A DNA stretch of 61,325 bases, counting the filler. It is 4 parts of 4 records of this genome, joined end to end, with 100 filler letters (N's around TTAATTAATTAA, not from the genome) between each part and the next. Parts side by side here need not be neighbours in the genome. Positions count along the whole stretch, not along the records: positions 1 to 20,420 come from SRR2962707_3466; 3 more parts are not named here. The stretch is one strand, 5' to 3'. Both the position numbers and the translations under genes were made by a program. The notes beneath the pieces were generated by a model. That model was not told the DNA's origin. It worked only from the letters and a program-made list of their open reading frames with translations, and ran no database searches. Shown here in pieces: positions 1 through 8,754 of the stretch; the stretch's first letter is position 1; each line of letters opens with the position of its first letter.

Positions 1-829
1 TGAAGTGCATTCATATTGTTTAATGACCAACCATTACCACCTATTAATCAAAACCCCCGATGCTAACTTAGGTAGAGCCATGAAGCATATTAATGGCCTT
101 TATACTCAATACTTTAATCGAACACATAACACAGACGGTGCGCTGTTTAGAGGGCGATATAAAGCGGTTTTGGTGGATGCTGATAACTATTTGTTGCATG
201 TTAGTCGATATATTCATCGTAATCTAATTGAAACGAGCACCCCGCTGGTAGATGACCTTGCTAAGTATCAATGGTCTAGCTATTCCGCTTTCATTAAAAG
301 GGTAGCGGTGCCTAAATGGCTTGTTCGAGATTTTCTATTTTCGCTGCAAGGCAAAAAGCATAAATATGCAGCTTATAAGCAGTTTGTGGGGTTTGAAAAC
401 AGTGAAGAAATAAGCGCTTTTTATAATGCTAAAAAGTTATTGTCGGTGCTAGGCAGTGAGGACTTTATTGAAAACATAAAAGACCATATCGCATCACCAA
501 ATAGTGAAAGTAAGCTTGTTGTTAAAAAGTACTCAGCAGGTGACATAGTTGCTTACCTAGCTCAATACTTTAGTGTTGAAGTCGATGATGTAGTAATGGT
601 AAAAAAAGGGCGAAAAGAGAAAAATTTACCCCGTTGGTTTGCTATTAAATTGTGCCAAGATTTAACGGGATTAAATTTGCAGGCATTAGCAGGTATCTTT
701 AATGTTCAGAATTATTCAGCTATATCCAAAACTGTCGGCAGGTTGAATGCATTAATGCTTGAAGATAAGAAGGTTAAATTACAATTGGAAAAGCTTCGAG
801 GTTGTTTGATGTCTGAAGTCAAGATTTGA
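1..829 (+). mobile_element. Y1 HUH transposase / REP-associated tyrosine transposase (RAYT)-like protein with C-terminal DnaA-like HTH, 5' truncated
   Basis: HUH motif YCLMTNHYHLL, GALFRGRYKA, Tyr motif RYIHRN and YQWSSY. The C-terminus (PRWFAIKLCQDLTGLNLQALAGIF...YSAIS) resembles the DnaA C-terminal HTH. The ORF runs off the window start. Confidence 0.85.
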
Positions 830-830
830 C

Positions 831-855
831 CCTATTTACCCCTATTTACCCCATT
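831..855 (+). repeat. Short tandem repeat (CCTATTTACC)x2 plus a partial copy just after the transposase stop
   Basis: Sequence reads ...AAGATTTGAC-CCTATTTACC-CCTATTTACC-CCATT. Confidence 0.7.
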
Positions 856-856
856 G

Positions 857-887
857 AAGCAGTTGTGGTCTAGCTCAACAACTGCTT
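857..887. terminator. Hairpin between convergent genes (probable bidirectional terminator or REP-like stem)
   Basis: AAGCAGTTGT (857-866) and ACAACTGCTT (878-887) form a perfect 10-bp inverted repeat with an 11-nt loop. Confidence 0.55.
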
Positions 888-960
888 GTTTAATTAAAAC
901 AGATCATAATGGAATAATTAACAATATTCTTAATCGCATGTCTTACATCTCCTGTAACTT

Positions 961-2517
961 TTAAAAATCTAGATTAGTTTTGTTTAATATGTGTCGGTAG
1001 TCTTTACCGCGCCTAAATTCAACGGATACTCTATTTTCACCATCAAAGTTTTCAATGCATACAACCGCAAAGTTATTACGTTTAAATATTTTAGGTTTGC
1101 CCAACAACGTTTTAATCACACTTTCTGAATTATATTTAGAAAAGGTGGTATTACCATCCTCAACGTGATCCGCTCTGGCTTTTTTCGCCAACAATTTACC
1201 CCAATTAAAATGCGCTTCTTGTAGTCCTGGAGCAAACCAATGAAACGCAGAGGAAATCACATTAAACACTTTAAACGTTGGATCATCTTCATGGGTTAAT
1301 TGTGCGACTGCTGAAATATGTACGTCGCCTGATAAAAATACCACTTGAGGGCGGCTATCAAGTGTTCGAATATAATCAAGTAACTCAACGCGCTGCTTCG
1401 CAGCTAAAAACCATTTATCTTCAGGTGAGCCTAGTTTTCCTCTGGTATCAGGAAATACGGGAATAGAGCTGGCAATAAATTTCACCTTGCCACTGCCATC
1501 GCTTAGCCATTTGCAGAGTTCTTCATACTGGGTATCGCTGATTATCTTTGGCTCTGTGGTATGCTCAGCTTCATATTTTTTAGATTTAATTTCGCTATCA
1601 CCACGCACATCTAGAAAGAAAAAGTCACTGTTCCCATGCTTAAAGTCATACCAATATTTTTTATCGTTTAAGTCACAGGCATTTGGGTGGGAAGAGAAGT
1701 TTTGTTGAATGAATTGCTCAGGGCTTTTAATTAAATTAGAAAAGGCGGCTTGATGCGCTTCATAAGCTCTAAGTCCGTTTACAAGCGTATTCTTATTAAA
1801 TTGTTGCTTAACCTTGCTTTCGTCTTCTTGGAATTTACCTAGTGACCAATCATTTTGAACTTCATGATCATCCATTATCATATAACAAGGCAATTGCCGA
1901 GTGACTTTGTTAAACATGTATAAACCAAACGCTTCGTTATATTCCTTAAAATAGTCTTCGATTTTAGGTCTGAATTTATACTTATCAAAAAGATGTGCAT
2001 GGTCGATGTATATTTGGTCGCCCAGCATAAACAACATGGTTGGTCTTAACTCTTCGTCAGTTTCATCAAGGTATGCATATATATTGTCAAATGTTTCTTC
2101 ACCTTTGTTGCCAAAGCTGTCACGACATGACCCCATAATAAATCGAGTCGTTGCATTGTCGTTATCAGGAAATGTTGTGACTTGTCCGTTTAAGTCTGGC
2201 GTTTTTTCTGCTCCCCAAACCAACTTATCTTCTTCAATGTCTTGGGTTAATTCTTCCTGAGTGTCACAAATAACATAACCCACTTCGTAGCAATAGGTTG
2301 TATCTGCGTCTAATGATTGAGCATCAACAATGCCCATATTATTATAATGAGCGCTAAATAGAAAAGTTTGGATGGGTAAGAACTGAGATGATTCCGATTC
2401 TCTGACTCGAATAACACCAATGCAGCTATTCGCATTTAAACAGCTACCACCAACACGAAAGCTTGATGGTGTGGTGTGCCCGATAATAGGACCAATCAGT
2501 AACGGTTGAACGAGCAT
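961..2517 (-). CDS. PhoD-like metallophosphatase (alkaline phosphatase D family)
   Basis: Motifs MGSC, MLGDQIYID, MDDHEVQNDW, FLDVR and LSGDVH. Start placed at ATG 2517 behind an AAGGA RBS (the ORF track extends to 2565). No Tat signal is visible. Confidence 0.8.
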   Translation of the reverse strand: MLVQPLLIGPIIGHTTPSSFRVGGSCLNANSCIGVIRVRESESSQFLPIQTFLFSAHYNNMGIVDAQSLDADTTYCYEVGYVICDTQEELTQDIEEDKLVWGAEKTPDLNGQVTTFPDNDNATTRFIMGSCRDSFGNKGEETFDNIYAYLDETDEELRPTMLFMLGDQIYIDHAHLFDKYKFRPKIEDYFKEYNEAFGLYMFNKVTRQLPCYMIMDDHEVQNDWSLGKFQEDESKVKQQFNKNTLVNGLRAYEAHQAAFSNLIKSPEQFIQQNFSSHPNACDLNDKKYWYDFKHGNSDFFFLDVRGDSEIKSKKYEAEHTTEPKIISDTQYEELCKWLSDGSGKVKFIASSIPVFPDTRGKLGSPEDKWFLAAKQRVELLDYIRTLDSRPQVVFLSGDVHISAVAQLTHEDDPTFKVFNVISSAFHWFAPGLQEAHFNWGKLLAKKARADHVEDGNTTFSKYNSESVIKTLLGKPKIFKRNNFAVVCIENFDGENRVSVEFRRGKDYRHILNKTNLDF

Positions 2518-3004
2518 TGCATATCCTTGATTAAAATTGTTGTGACTAAATAATAGGCAGTCCATTCATAATTATCCAGCTCTAAAATCTTGAGAGGAAT
2601 CAAATAGGTCACCCATTAGAAAGTTCCGGTCAAGCAGGCAGCTGTGTTTTCTTGATCTTTTTATTCAAAAACCAAGCGTTGTTACTTTATAAACTCACTT
2701 TAAATATGACTATGCATCCAGTAATGACGTCGATTTATGTGAATATGCATCGTGGTTTGGATAAAGAGCGCCATATGAATTTAGGCAGTTTAATTAAGCA
2801 TTATTGATGATTAATTAAGGCTCTTGGTTTTCGTCTTTATGATCGTTTAGTGCCATTAATGGCATTCCAATTTTTGGCAGTGCTTTGGATCAGGGCGTGG
2901 CCTTTTTCCTGACAGTTTATTTTATATATCAATAGGCTGCTTTAGTAGGTGATTGCCTAAATTGGTTTCGTGTTTGTATATCAACATTAGGTCGCGTACC
3001 ACAC

Positions 3005-3997
3005 TTAATAAAGCATATCCCGCTGCTTTTCAGACAATTCATCATGGTCTTTGAATTGGCTTCTATACCCTTTTGGTGTAAGCCCTGTTATTCGCTTGAA
3101 TGTTCGTCTGAATTGACTGTCATCGTTATAACCTAAGTTGTCGCTCACTACGTTGATTGTTTGTGATGTTAAAACTAAGAACTCGCAAGCACGGTTAATT
3201 TTTATTTGCTCTATTAGTTTGAGGACGGTCATATTAAGTAGAGTTTTAACCTTTCTTGCCAGTGTTCGCTCGGTCAAGTTCAAATACCCTGCAAGGTTTG
3301 ACACCGATAGCTCGGATGCGAGTGTTCTATCAACCCAATGAAATATTTTTTTTAATAATGGATCATCAAGGTAAACAAGATCCAGATGCCTAAAGGGTAA
3401 ATAGTCTAAGTGTGGTCGAGGTAGTACTAAAAACTTGAATACATCTCGGGCGACACTTTCTTCGAATTTATGACGCATAAGGTTATGGAATATTTGTAAA
3501 TAGCCATTAGCGCCAGAGGTTGTTGCGTCTCCATCAGCGTGATAGATACAAGCTAAATGATTATTCCAGTTTACTTTAGAAAAGCGTGAAGCTGCTTGCT
3601 CAGTGAGCCACCATGTAATGGTTGCCTTCGTCTTATTTAATCGCCCTGACTCTGCATGTAGCGCTACACCAGTACAATACGACCAAATCTGCGTTTCGCT
3701 TGGTAACTTCTTTAGCTCGTTAATTAATCGGCCATAGGTAATTGGCAAGCAATGAAGATCTGTACTGCCCCAAAAGCCTGGTAATAATATGGCGTCGTAT
3801 TGGTAGTCATTGATAACGTTATCAACGTTTAGTTTGATATTGTGCGCGCATGTGACTTCAGCTTTCTCTAAGCCTACCCAAGACACCTCAAATGTTGGCT
3901 GCGATAGTCGGTTATTAACGGTTTCTAATAAGTCTAAAAAGTAAAACAATCCTGCAGGCATGCAGTGCGGATATAAAAAAAGCCCAATCCTTATCAT
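3005..3997 (-). CDS. GlxA-type transcriptional regulator (DJ-1/PfpI sensor domain + AraC HTH)
   Basis: N-terminal DJ-1-like domain (AILLPG, WSYCTG with Cys, TTSGANG) and C-terminal AraC HTH (LAGYLNLTERTLARK; LGYNDDSQFRRTFKRITGLTPKGYR). Probable start is MIRIGLF at 3997. Confidence 0.9.
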   Translation of the reverse strand: MIRIGLFLYPHCMPAGLFYFLDLLETVNNRLSQPTFEVSWVGLEKAEVTCAHNIKLNVDNVINDYQYDAILLPGFWGSTDLHCLPITYGRLINELKKLPSETQIWSYCTGVALHAESGRLNKTKATITWWLTEQAASRFSKVNWNNHLACIYHADGDATTSGANGYLQIFHNLMRHKFEESVARDVFKFLVLPRPHLDYLPFRHLDLVYLDDPLLKKIFHWVDRTLASELSVSNLAGYLNLTERTLARKVKTLLNMTVLKLIEQIKINRACEFLVLTSQTINVVSDNLGYNDDSQFRRTFKRITGLTPKGYRSQFKDHDELSEKQRDMLY

Positions 3998-4062
3998 TGT
4001 CAGAAACTGTCCGTATTTGGTCCAATTATGCAATGTTACCATGTTCACGTTTTGCATACAAT
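3998..4062 (+). promoter_or_regulatory. Putative AraC-activated promoter of the transporter operon (operator 3998-4033, -10 TACAAT 4057-4062)
   Basis: TGTCAGAAACTGTCCGTATTTGGTCCAATTATGCAA matches the site at 8660-8695 at 21/36 positions. It has GTC repeats 21 bp apart and is followed by CATACAAT. Confidence 0.65.
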
Positions 4063-4114
4063 TTGGGTTGTAATGTTAATTTAATGTGATTTTAATCCGA
4101 TAGGGAGTTCTATT

Positions 4115-6505
4115 TTGAGCATTGAAACTCAAATTGCATCTCAGCCAAGCAAAATGAAACGCTTTACTGAGTTGCTGATACGTTTTCGATATCTGGTAAC
4201 GTTGATAGTCGTCGCCATATGTATAGCCACGAGCCTTGGGCAAAGCAGAGTTGGTTTTAGTAGTGACTACAGATATTACTTTGGTTCGCCTTCACCTGTA
4301 ATTGCCGCGATGGATAAGTTAGAGAGTGATTATGCACTTTCTGATAGTATTTATATTTCTATTAGTCCTAAGTCAGGCGGTACCGTATTCGACAAAGCTG
4401 TGCTTTCTGCTGTGTTGCATGCTACGCAAGAAGCTTGGAAAGTACCTTATGCGACGAGAGTTGATTCATTAAGTAACTACCAGAACACGGTGGCGAATGA
4501 TGATGATCTTACTGTAGCGCATCTATTTAAATCAGAGAGTGAATTAACCGGTTCTAATGTTGATTATATTCGTCAGGTAGCCCTTGCAGAACCAATGCTA
4601 GAAAACCGTATTGTTTCCGAGGATGGTGAGCATACCGGTGTGAATGTGGTGCTGACGCTTCCCGGTAAGTCACCCATGGAAACTTCTGAGGCCGTATCTT
4701 CAGTTCGGGAGTTAGCTAAGGTGCTTGAGAGTCAGTATCCTGTTGACGTTAGGTTGTCTGGCGTACATATGCTAAACCATGCTTTTGCTGAGATTGGCAT
4801 GCAAGATATCGTGAATATTATGCCTGTAATGTACATGGTGATGCTGGCAATATTGCTGGTGTTATTCCGTTCTGTCTTACAGGTATTGATGACAGTTGCG
4901 ATAGTGCATTTATCCACGATTACAACAATGGGTATTGTTGGTTGGCTTGGCATACCGCTTACCGCTCCATCTTCGATTGCCCCGACTATTATTCTAACGT
5001 TAGCGGTTGCAGACTCGGTTCATATCATAATGAGTTTTGTCATTGCTAAACGTCGTGGTGTAAGTGATGCGCAAGCGATAAAAGAGTCTATGTCGGTTAA
5101 TTTCATACCAATTTTATTGACCAGCTTGACGACTATTATTGGTTTTGTTGCCTTGAACTTCGCTGATGCACCTCCTTACCATGACTTAGGGAATATTACA
5201 GCTATAGGTGTGTTTATAGCGTTTGTTTTATCAGTCACCATGTTGCCCTGCTTGTTGTATATTTTACCGAATTGGATCAAACAAAAAGAGCAAGGCACGA
5301 AGTTTTCAGATAAGGTTTGGGCGAAACTATCCCATTTTATTGAGAGAAAATATAAGACCGTCATTATTATTTTCTCTGCATTAACTATTGCTTTTATGAT
5401 CCCCATTCCAAATTTGAAACTTGATGATAGGTGGGTTGAGTATTTTGCTGAGAATACTCAATTTAGAAATGATGCTGATTTTGTCCAAAAAAACGTAACA
5501 GGGTTATACGGTATTGAATTTAACATTCAGTCTCTTGGCTCTCAAGGGATCAGCGACGCTGAATATTTAAATACTCTGGATGATTTTGCTAAATACTATC
5601 GTGATTTTGATAACGTTTATAATGTGAGCGTATTAACCGATACCATGAAGCGATTGAATAAAAACCTTCATGGCGATGATCCAGACTTTTATCGCATTCC
5701 AGAAAATAAAGAGCTTGCGGCCCAATATTTATTGCTTTACGAAATGTCACTACCATATGGCCTAGATCTAACTAATCAGATCAATATGGACAAATCTAGC
5801 TCAAAGGTAGTGATTACGATGAAGGATGTTTCTACCAATGAACTAAGAGAGGCGGCAGCTAAAGGCGAAGCATGGTTAAAAAACAATGCGCCAGCCTACA
5901 TGCATGCAATTGGCTCAGGTGCTACGGTGATATTTGCTCATCAGTCTGAAGTTAATATTCAGGGGATGGTAACAGGCACGTTATTATCACTAATAATGAT
6001 TTGTGTAGTCGTATTTATTGCAATGCGCAACATAAAATACGGTCTTATCAGTGTGTTACCTAATGTATTACCAGCGATCTTTGCATTTGGCGCTTGGACT
6101 CTGCTCAGAGGACAGGCTGGAATGGAGGTTTCTATAGTCGTATCTGCCACTTTAGGCGTCATTGTCGATAACTGCGTCCACTTTATGATCAAGTATTTGC
6201 GAGGCAAAGAGCAATTTAATCTTACACCTGCCGGTGCTATTAAGTATGCCTATCAAAATGTCGGGAATGCATTGTTATTTACTTCAGTCACGTTAATTGC
6301 AGGTTATATCGTCTTAACCATGTCTTCTTTCTCGTTGAATAGCTCTCTAGGCTTGATGTCTGCGTTGACTGTCGTTGCAGCTTTATTAGTTATCAACATT
6401 TTACTTCCAGCGATAATTTTGTTTGTCGACCGTGCTGAGCAACGAGCTGCAGATGAAAAACTAGTAAACGTTCAACTTGCGTCTAAAGGAGAAATAATAT
6501 GTTAA
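4115..6505 (+). CDS. MMPL/RND-superfamily transporter
   Basis: Two repeats of TM + periplasmic loop + 5 TM, with LAVADSVH and GVIVDNCVHF motifs, PILLTSLTT and GNALLFTS. Confidence 0.9.
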   Translation: MSIETQIASQPSKMKRFTELLIRFRYLVTLIVVAICIATSLGQSRVGFSSDYRYYFGSPSPVIAAMDKLESDYALSDSIYISISPKSGGTVFDKAVLSAVLHATQEAWKVPYATRVDSLSNYQNTVANDDDLTVAHLFKSESELTGSNVDYIRQVALAEPMLENRIVSEDGEHTGVNVVLTLPGKSPMETSEAVSSVRELAKVLESQYPVDVRLSGVHMLNHAFAEIGMQDIVNIMPVMYMVMLAILLVLFRSVLQVLMTVAIVHLSTITTMGIVGWLGIPLTAPSSIAPTIILTLAVADSVHIIMSFVIAKRRGVSDAQAIKESMSVNFIPILLTSLTTIIGFVALNFADAPPYHDLGNITAIGVFIAFVLSVTMLPCLLYILPNWIKQKEQGTKFSDKVWAKLSHFIERKYKTVIIIFSALTIAFMIPIPNLKLDDRWVEYFAENTQFRNDADFVQKNVTGLYGIEFNIQSLGSQGISDAEYLNTLDDFAKYYRDFDNVYNVSVLTDTMKRLNKNLHGDDPDFYRIPENKELAAQYLLLYEMSLPYGLDLTNQINMDKSSSKVVITMKDVSTNELREAAAKGEAWLKNNAPAYMHAIGSGATVIFAHQSEVNIQGMVTGTLLSLIMICVVVFIAMRNIKYGLISVLPNVLPAIFAFGAWTLLRGQAGMEVSIVVSATLGVIVDNCVHFMIKYLRGKEQFNLTPAGAIKYAYQNVGNALLFTSVTLIAGYIVLTMSSFSLNSSLGLMSALTVVAALLVINILLPAIILFVDRAEQRAADEKLVNVQLASKGEIIC

Positions 6506-7287
6506 ATCTAAAAAAGATTTTTGTAGCAATCAACTTGCTAGCTGGCTCGACACTGGCATTTGCTGCGAGTAATGAAGATAAAGGGTTGCAACTTGCTCAG
6601 CTGGCAGATCAGGTGGATTCTGGATGGGTAGATCAAACGGTTGATATTACCATGACACTTCAAGATAGATCGGGTAATCAAAATATCCGTAAGGTAAGAA
6701 ATGAAATGCTTGAAGTTGAAGGTGATGGCGATAAAAGTTTAGTTGTATTTGATACCCCATATGATGTCAAAGGGACTGTGATGCTGTCGTTTAGCCACAA
6801 GGTTGGAGATGATGATCAGTGGCTTTACCTACCAGCTCTTAAACGGGTAAAACGAATTTCCTCTAGTAACAAGTCAGGACCTTTTATGGGAAGTGACTTT
6901 GCCTACGAAGACATGAGTTCACAAGAAGTTGAAAAATATACTTACAAGTTTATCCGAGAGGATGAATTTGAGGGCCAGGCAGTCAATGTTGTTGAGCGTA
7001 CTCCTGTATATGAAAACTCTGGGTATTCAAAGCAGCTTGTTTGGCTAGATAAGAAGCGTACGATTCCGCTTCAAATAGAATATTTTGATCGTAAAGGGAG
7101 TACTTTAAAAACCCAGTACTTTAAAGATTATCAGCTTTATAATGAGAGGTTTTGGCGCGTGGATGATTTGATGATGATAAACCATCAAAAAGGTACGCAG
7201 ACAACGATTTCATTTGATAATTATAACATTAGCCAAGGAGTACGGTTGACTAATTTTGCACAAGCAAACCTGTCTCGTATTAGGTAA
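6499..7287 (+). CDS. Outer-membrane lipoprotein-sorting (LolA-like) periplasmic protein
   Basis: Signal peptide and the DDDQWLYLPALKRVKRIS...FMGSDFAYED signature. It overlaps the MMPL stop codon. Confidence 0.85.
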   Translation: MLNLKKIFVAINLLAGSTLAFAASNEDKGLQLAQLADQVDSGWVDQTVDITMTLQDRSGNQNIRKVRNEMLEVEGDGDKSLVVFDTPYDVKGTVMLSFSHKVGDDDQWLYLPALKRVKRISSSNKSGPFMGSDFAYEDMSSQEVEKYTYKFIREDEFEGQAVNVVERTPVYENSGYSKQLVWLDKKRTIPLQIEYFDRKGSTLKTQYFKDYQLYNERFWRVDDLMMINHQKGTQTTISFDNYNISQGVRLTNFAQANLSRIR

Positions 7288-7290
7288 AAC

Positions 7291-7322
7291 TATTGGCTGA
7301 GTGAGCAATCACTCAGCCAATA
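7291..7322. other. Perfect 14-bp intra-operon hairpin
   Basis: TATTGGCTGAGTGA-GCAA-TCACTCAGCCAATA with no downstream U-tract on the + strand. Confidence 0.75.
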
Positions 7323-7337
7323 AGCAAAGGATTAGAT

Positions 7338-8498
7338 ATGAAGTTAATAGTGATGCTGTTGGCAGGTGTGTTAACCACCTTTGCTTGTATTGCAAATGTA
7401 GATATTAGAGGAACCGCTAATTTTAGTCAGCGACAATATACTGACGAGCAACCAGAGCACCATGAAAGTCAATCTCTGATTTTCATTGAGCCAGAGCTTT
7501 ATTTGCCTATTAATACTAATTGGAGCGCCCTTGCTAAACCGTATGCAAGATATGACAGCCTCGGGGCCGAACGACATCAGTTAGATTTCAGAGAACTCAA
7601 TCTGAGTTACATTAATGGTAAATTTGATGCAATACTTGGAGTTAGTGAGGTATTTTGGGGAGTAACAGAGTCGCAGCACTTAGTTGATATTGTTAATCAA
7701 ACAGATGTACTCAGTAGCATTGATGGCGAAGACAAACTCGGTCAGCCCATGCTGCAATTTAATTGGCTTCATGGCAGTGGTGCATTGCAAATGTTTGTCA
7801 TGCCTTACTTTAGAGAACGCAACTTTGCGAGCAAAGTACAGCGTCTGCAGCCTGATGTGGTCATTAATTCTGAGTCTGAATTTGAAGACAGTCAAGAAAA
7901 TAACCATACCGATTTTGCATTTAGAGCTACAAATTCTATAGGTAGCTGGGAGCTTGCTGCTTCATACTTTATTGGTACAAATCGTACTCCGAGTATGCTA
8001 CTTGAAAATGATCACTATACACAGTATTACAGTCAACTCACTCAATATGGATTGGAAGCTCAGGGGGTTTTTGGGGCGTGGCTTATTAAGAACGAAACCA
8101 TTTATCGCAAAGGACTGTACGACTGGGCAGTTGCTTATACCAGTGGTTTTGAGTACACACATGCTGGTGCTTTAGGTCAAGCAGACTTAGGTTATTTGAT
8201 TGAATATAGCTTTGATAATTTAGATGAAAATAGCCCTTCAAGTTTCCAAAATGATGTGTTTTTTGGCATTCGGGTAGCAATAAATGATGTTTCTGGATCT
8301 GAGGTATTGATTGGTGCTATTCACGATATTGACGCACACCATTGGACTATGTTCAGAGCAGAAGGTAGTACTCGAATTACTCCCTCTTTGAGATTGCGAG
8401 GAGAGATCTGGGTTGGGGATGAGACCAGAGAGAGCGATCCTTTGTTCAGCATCAAAAATGATGACTTTATTCAGTTAAGTTTTGAGTATTATTTCTAA
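7338..8498 (+). CDS. Putative outer-membrane beta-barrel protein partnered with MMPL/LolA-like genes
   Basis: Signal peptide, alternating beta-strand pattern, VFWGVTESQHLVDIVNQTD motif and C-terminal aromatic ending FEYYF. Confidence 0.75.
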   Translation: MKLIVMLLAGVLTTFACIANVDIRGTANFSQRQYTDEQPEHHESQSLIFIEPELYLPINTNWSALAKPYARYDSLGAERHQLDFRELNLSYINGKFDAILGVSEVFWGVTESQHLVDIVNQTDVLSSIDGEDKLGQPMLQFNWLHGSGALQMFVMPYFRERNFASKVQRLQPDVVINSESEFEDSQENNHTDFAFRATNSIGSWELAASYFIGTNRTPSMLLENDHYTQYYSQLTQYGLEAQGVFGAWLIKNETIYRKGLYDWAVAYTSGFEYTHAGALGQADLGYLIEYSFDNLDENSPSSFQNDVFFGIRVAINDVSGSEVLIGAIHDIDAHHWTMFRAEGSTRITPSLRLRGEIWVGDETRESDPLFSIKNDDFIQLSFEYYF

Positions 8499-8568
8499 AA
8501 TTAATTATTAAATAAAACCTATTGAGATATTAGTTATTTTAATTTTCACAATTTTCCCTTTGATTTAG

Positions 8569-8592
8569 AGCCCCTTTTTGGGGCTTTTTTTT
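8569..8592 (+). terminator. Rho-independent terminator ending the transporter operon
   Basis: AGCCCC-TTTTT-GGGGCT followed by a T run. Confidence 0.85.
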
Positions 8593-8659
8593 GCTTGTAA
8601 TTAAAATGTTTGTTTAGTTAATTTTGTGTAGCAAATTAGTTTACTTTATTTGTGTATTG

Positions 8660-8723
8660 TGTCGATAATTGGCTGGTTTTGGTCTGTAATTGCCATAAAA
8701 AAGGTTCTACGAAAACATACAAT
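8660..8723 (+). promoter_or_regulatory. Putative AraC-activated promoter of the biosynthetic operon (operator 8660-8695, -10 TACAAT 8718-8723)
   Basis: TGTCGATAATTGGCTGGTTTTGGTCTGTAATTGCCA has the same architecture as 3998-4062, with the -10 box 58 versus 59 nt from the motif start. Confidence 0.65.
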
Positions 8724-8754
8724 AATTCTATGATTTATTAATGATGGAATCAAA

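Noticed and set aside
3998-4057. First 20 codons of the AraC ORF as given in the ORF track
   Set aside because: This stretch contains the conserved operator and promoter. Family-like sequence starts at MIRIGLF (3997).
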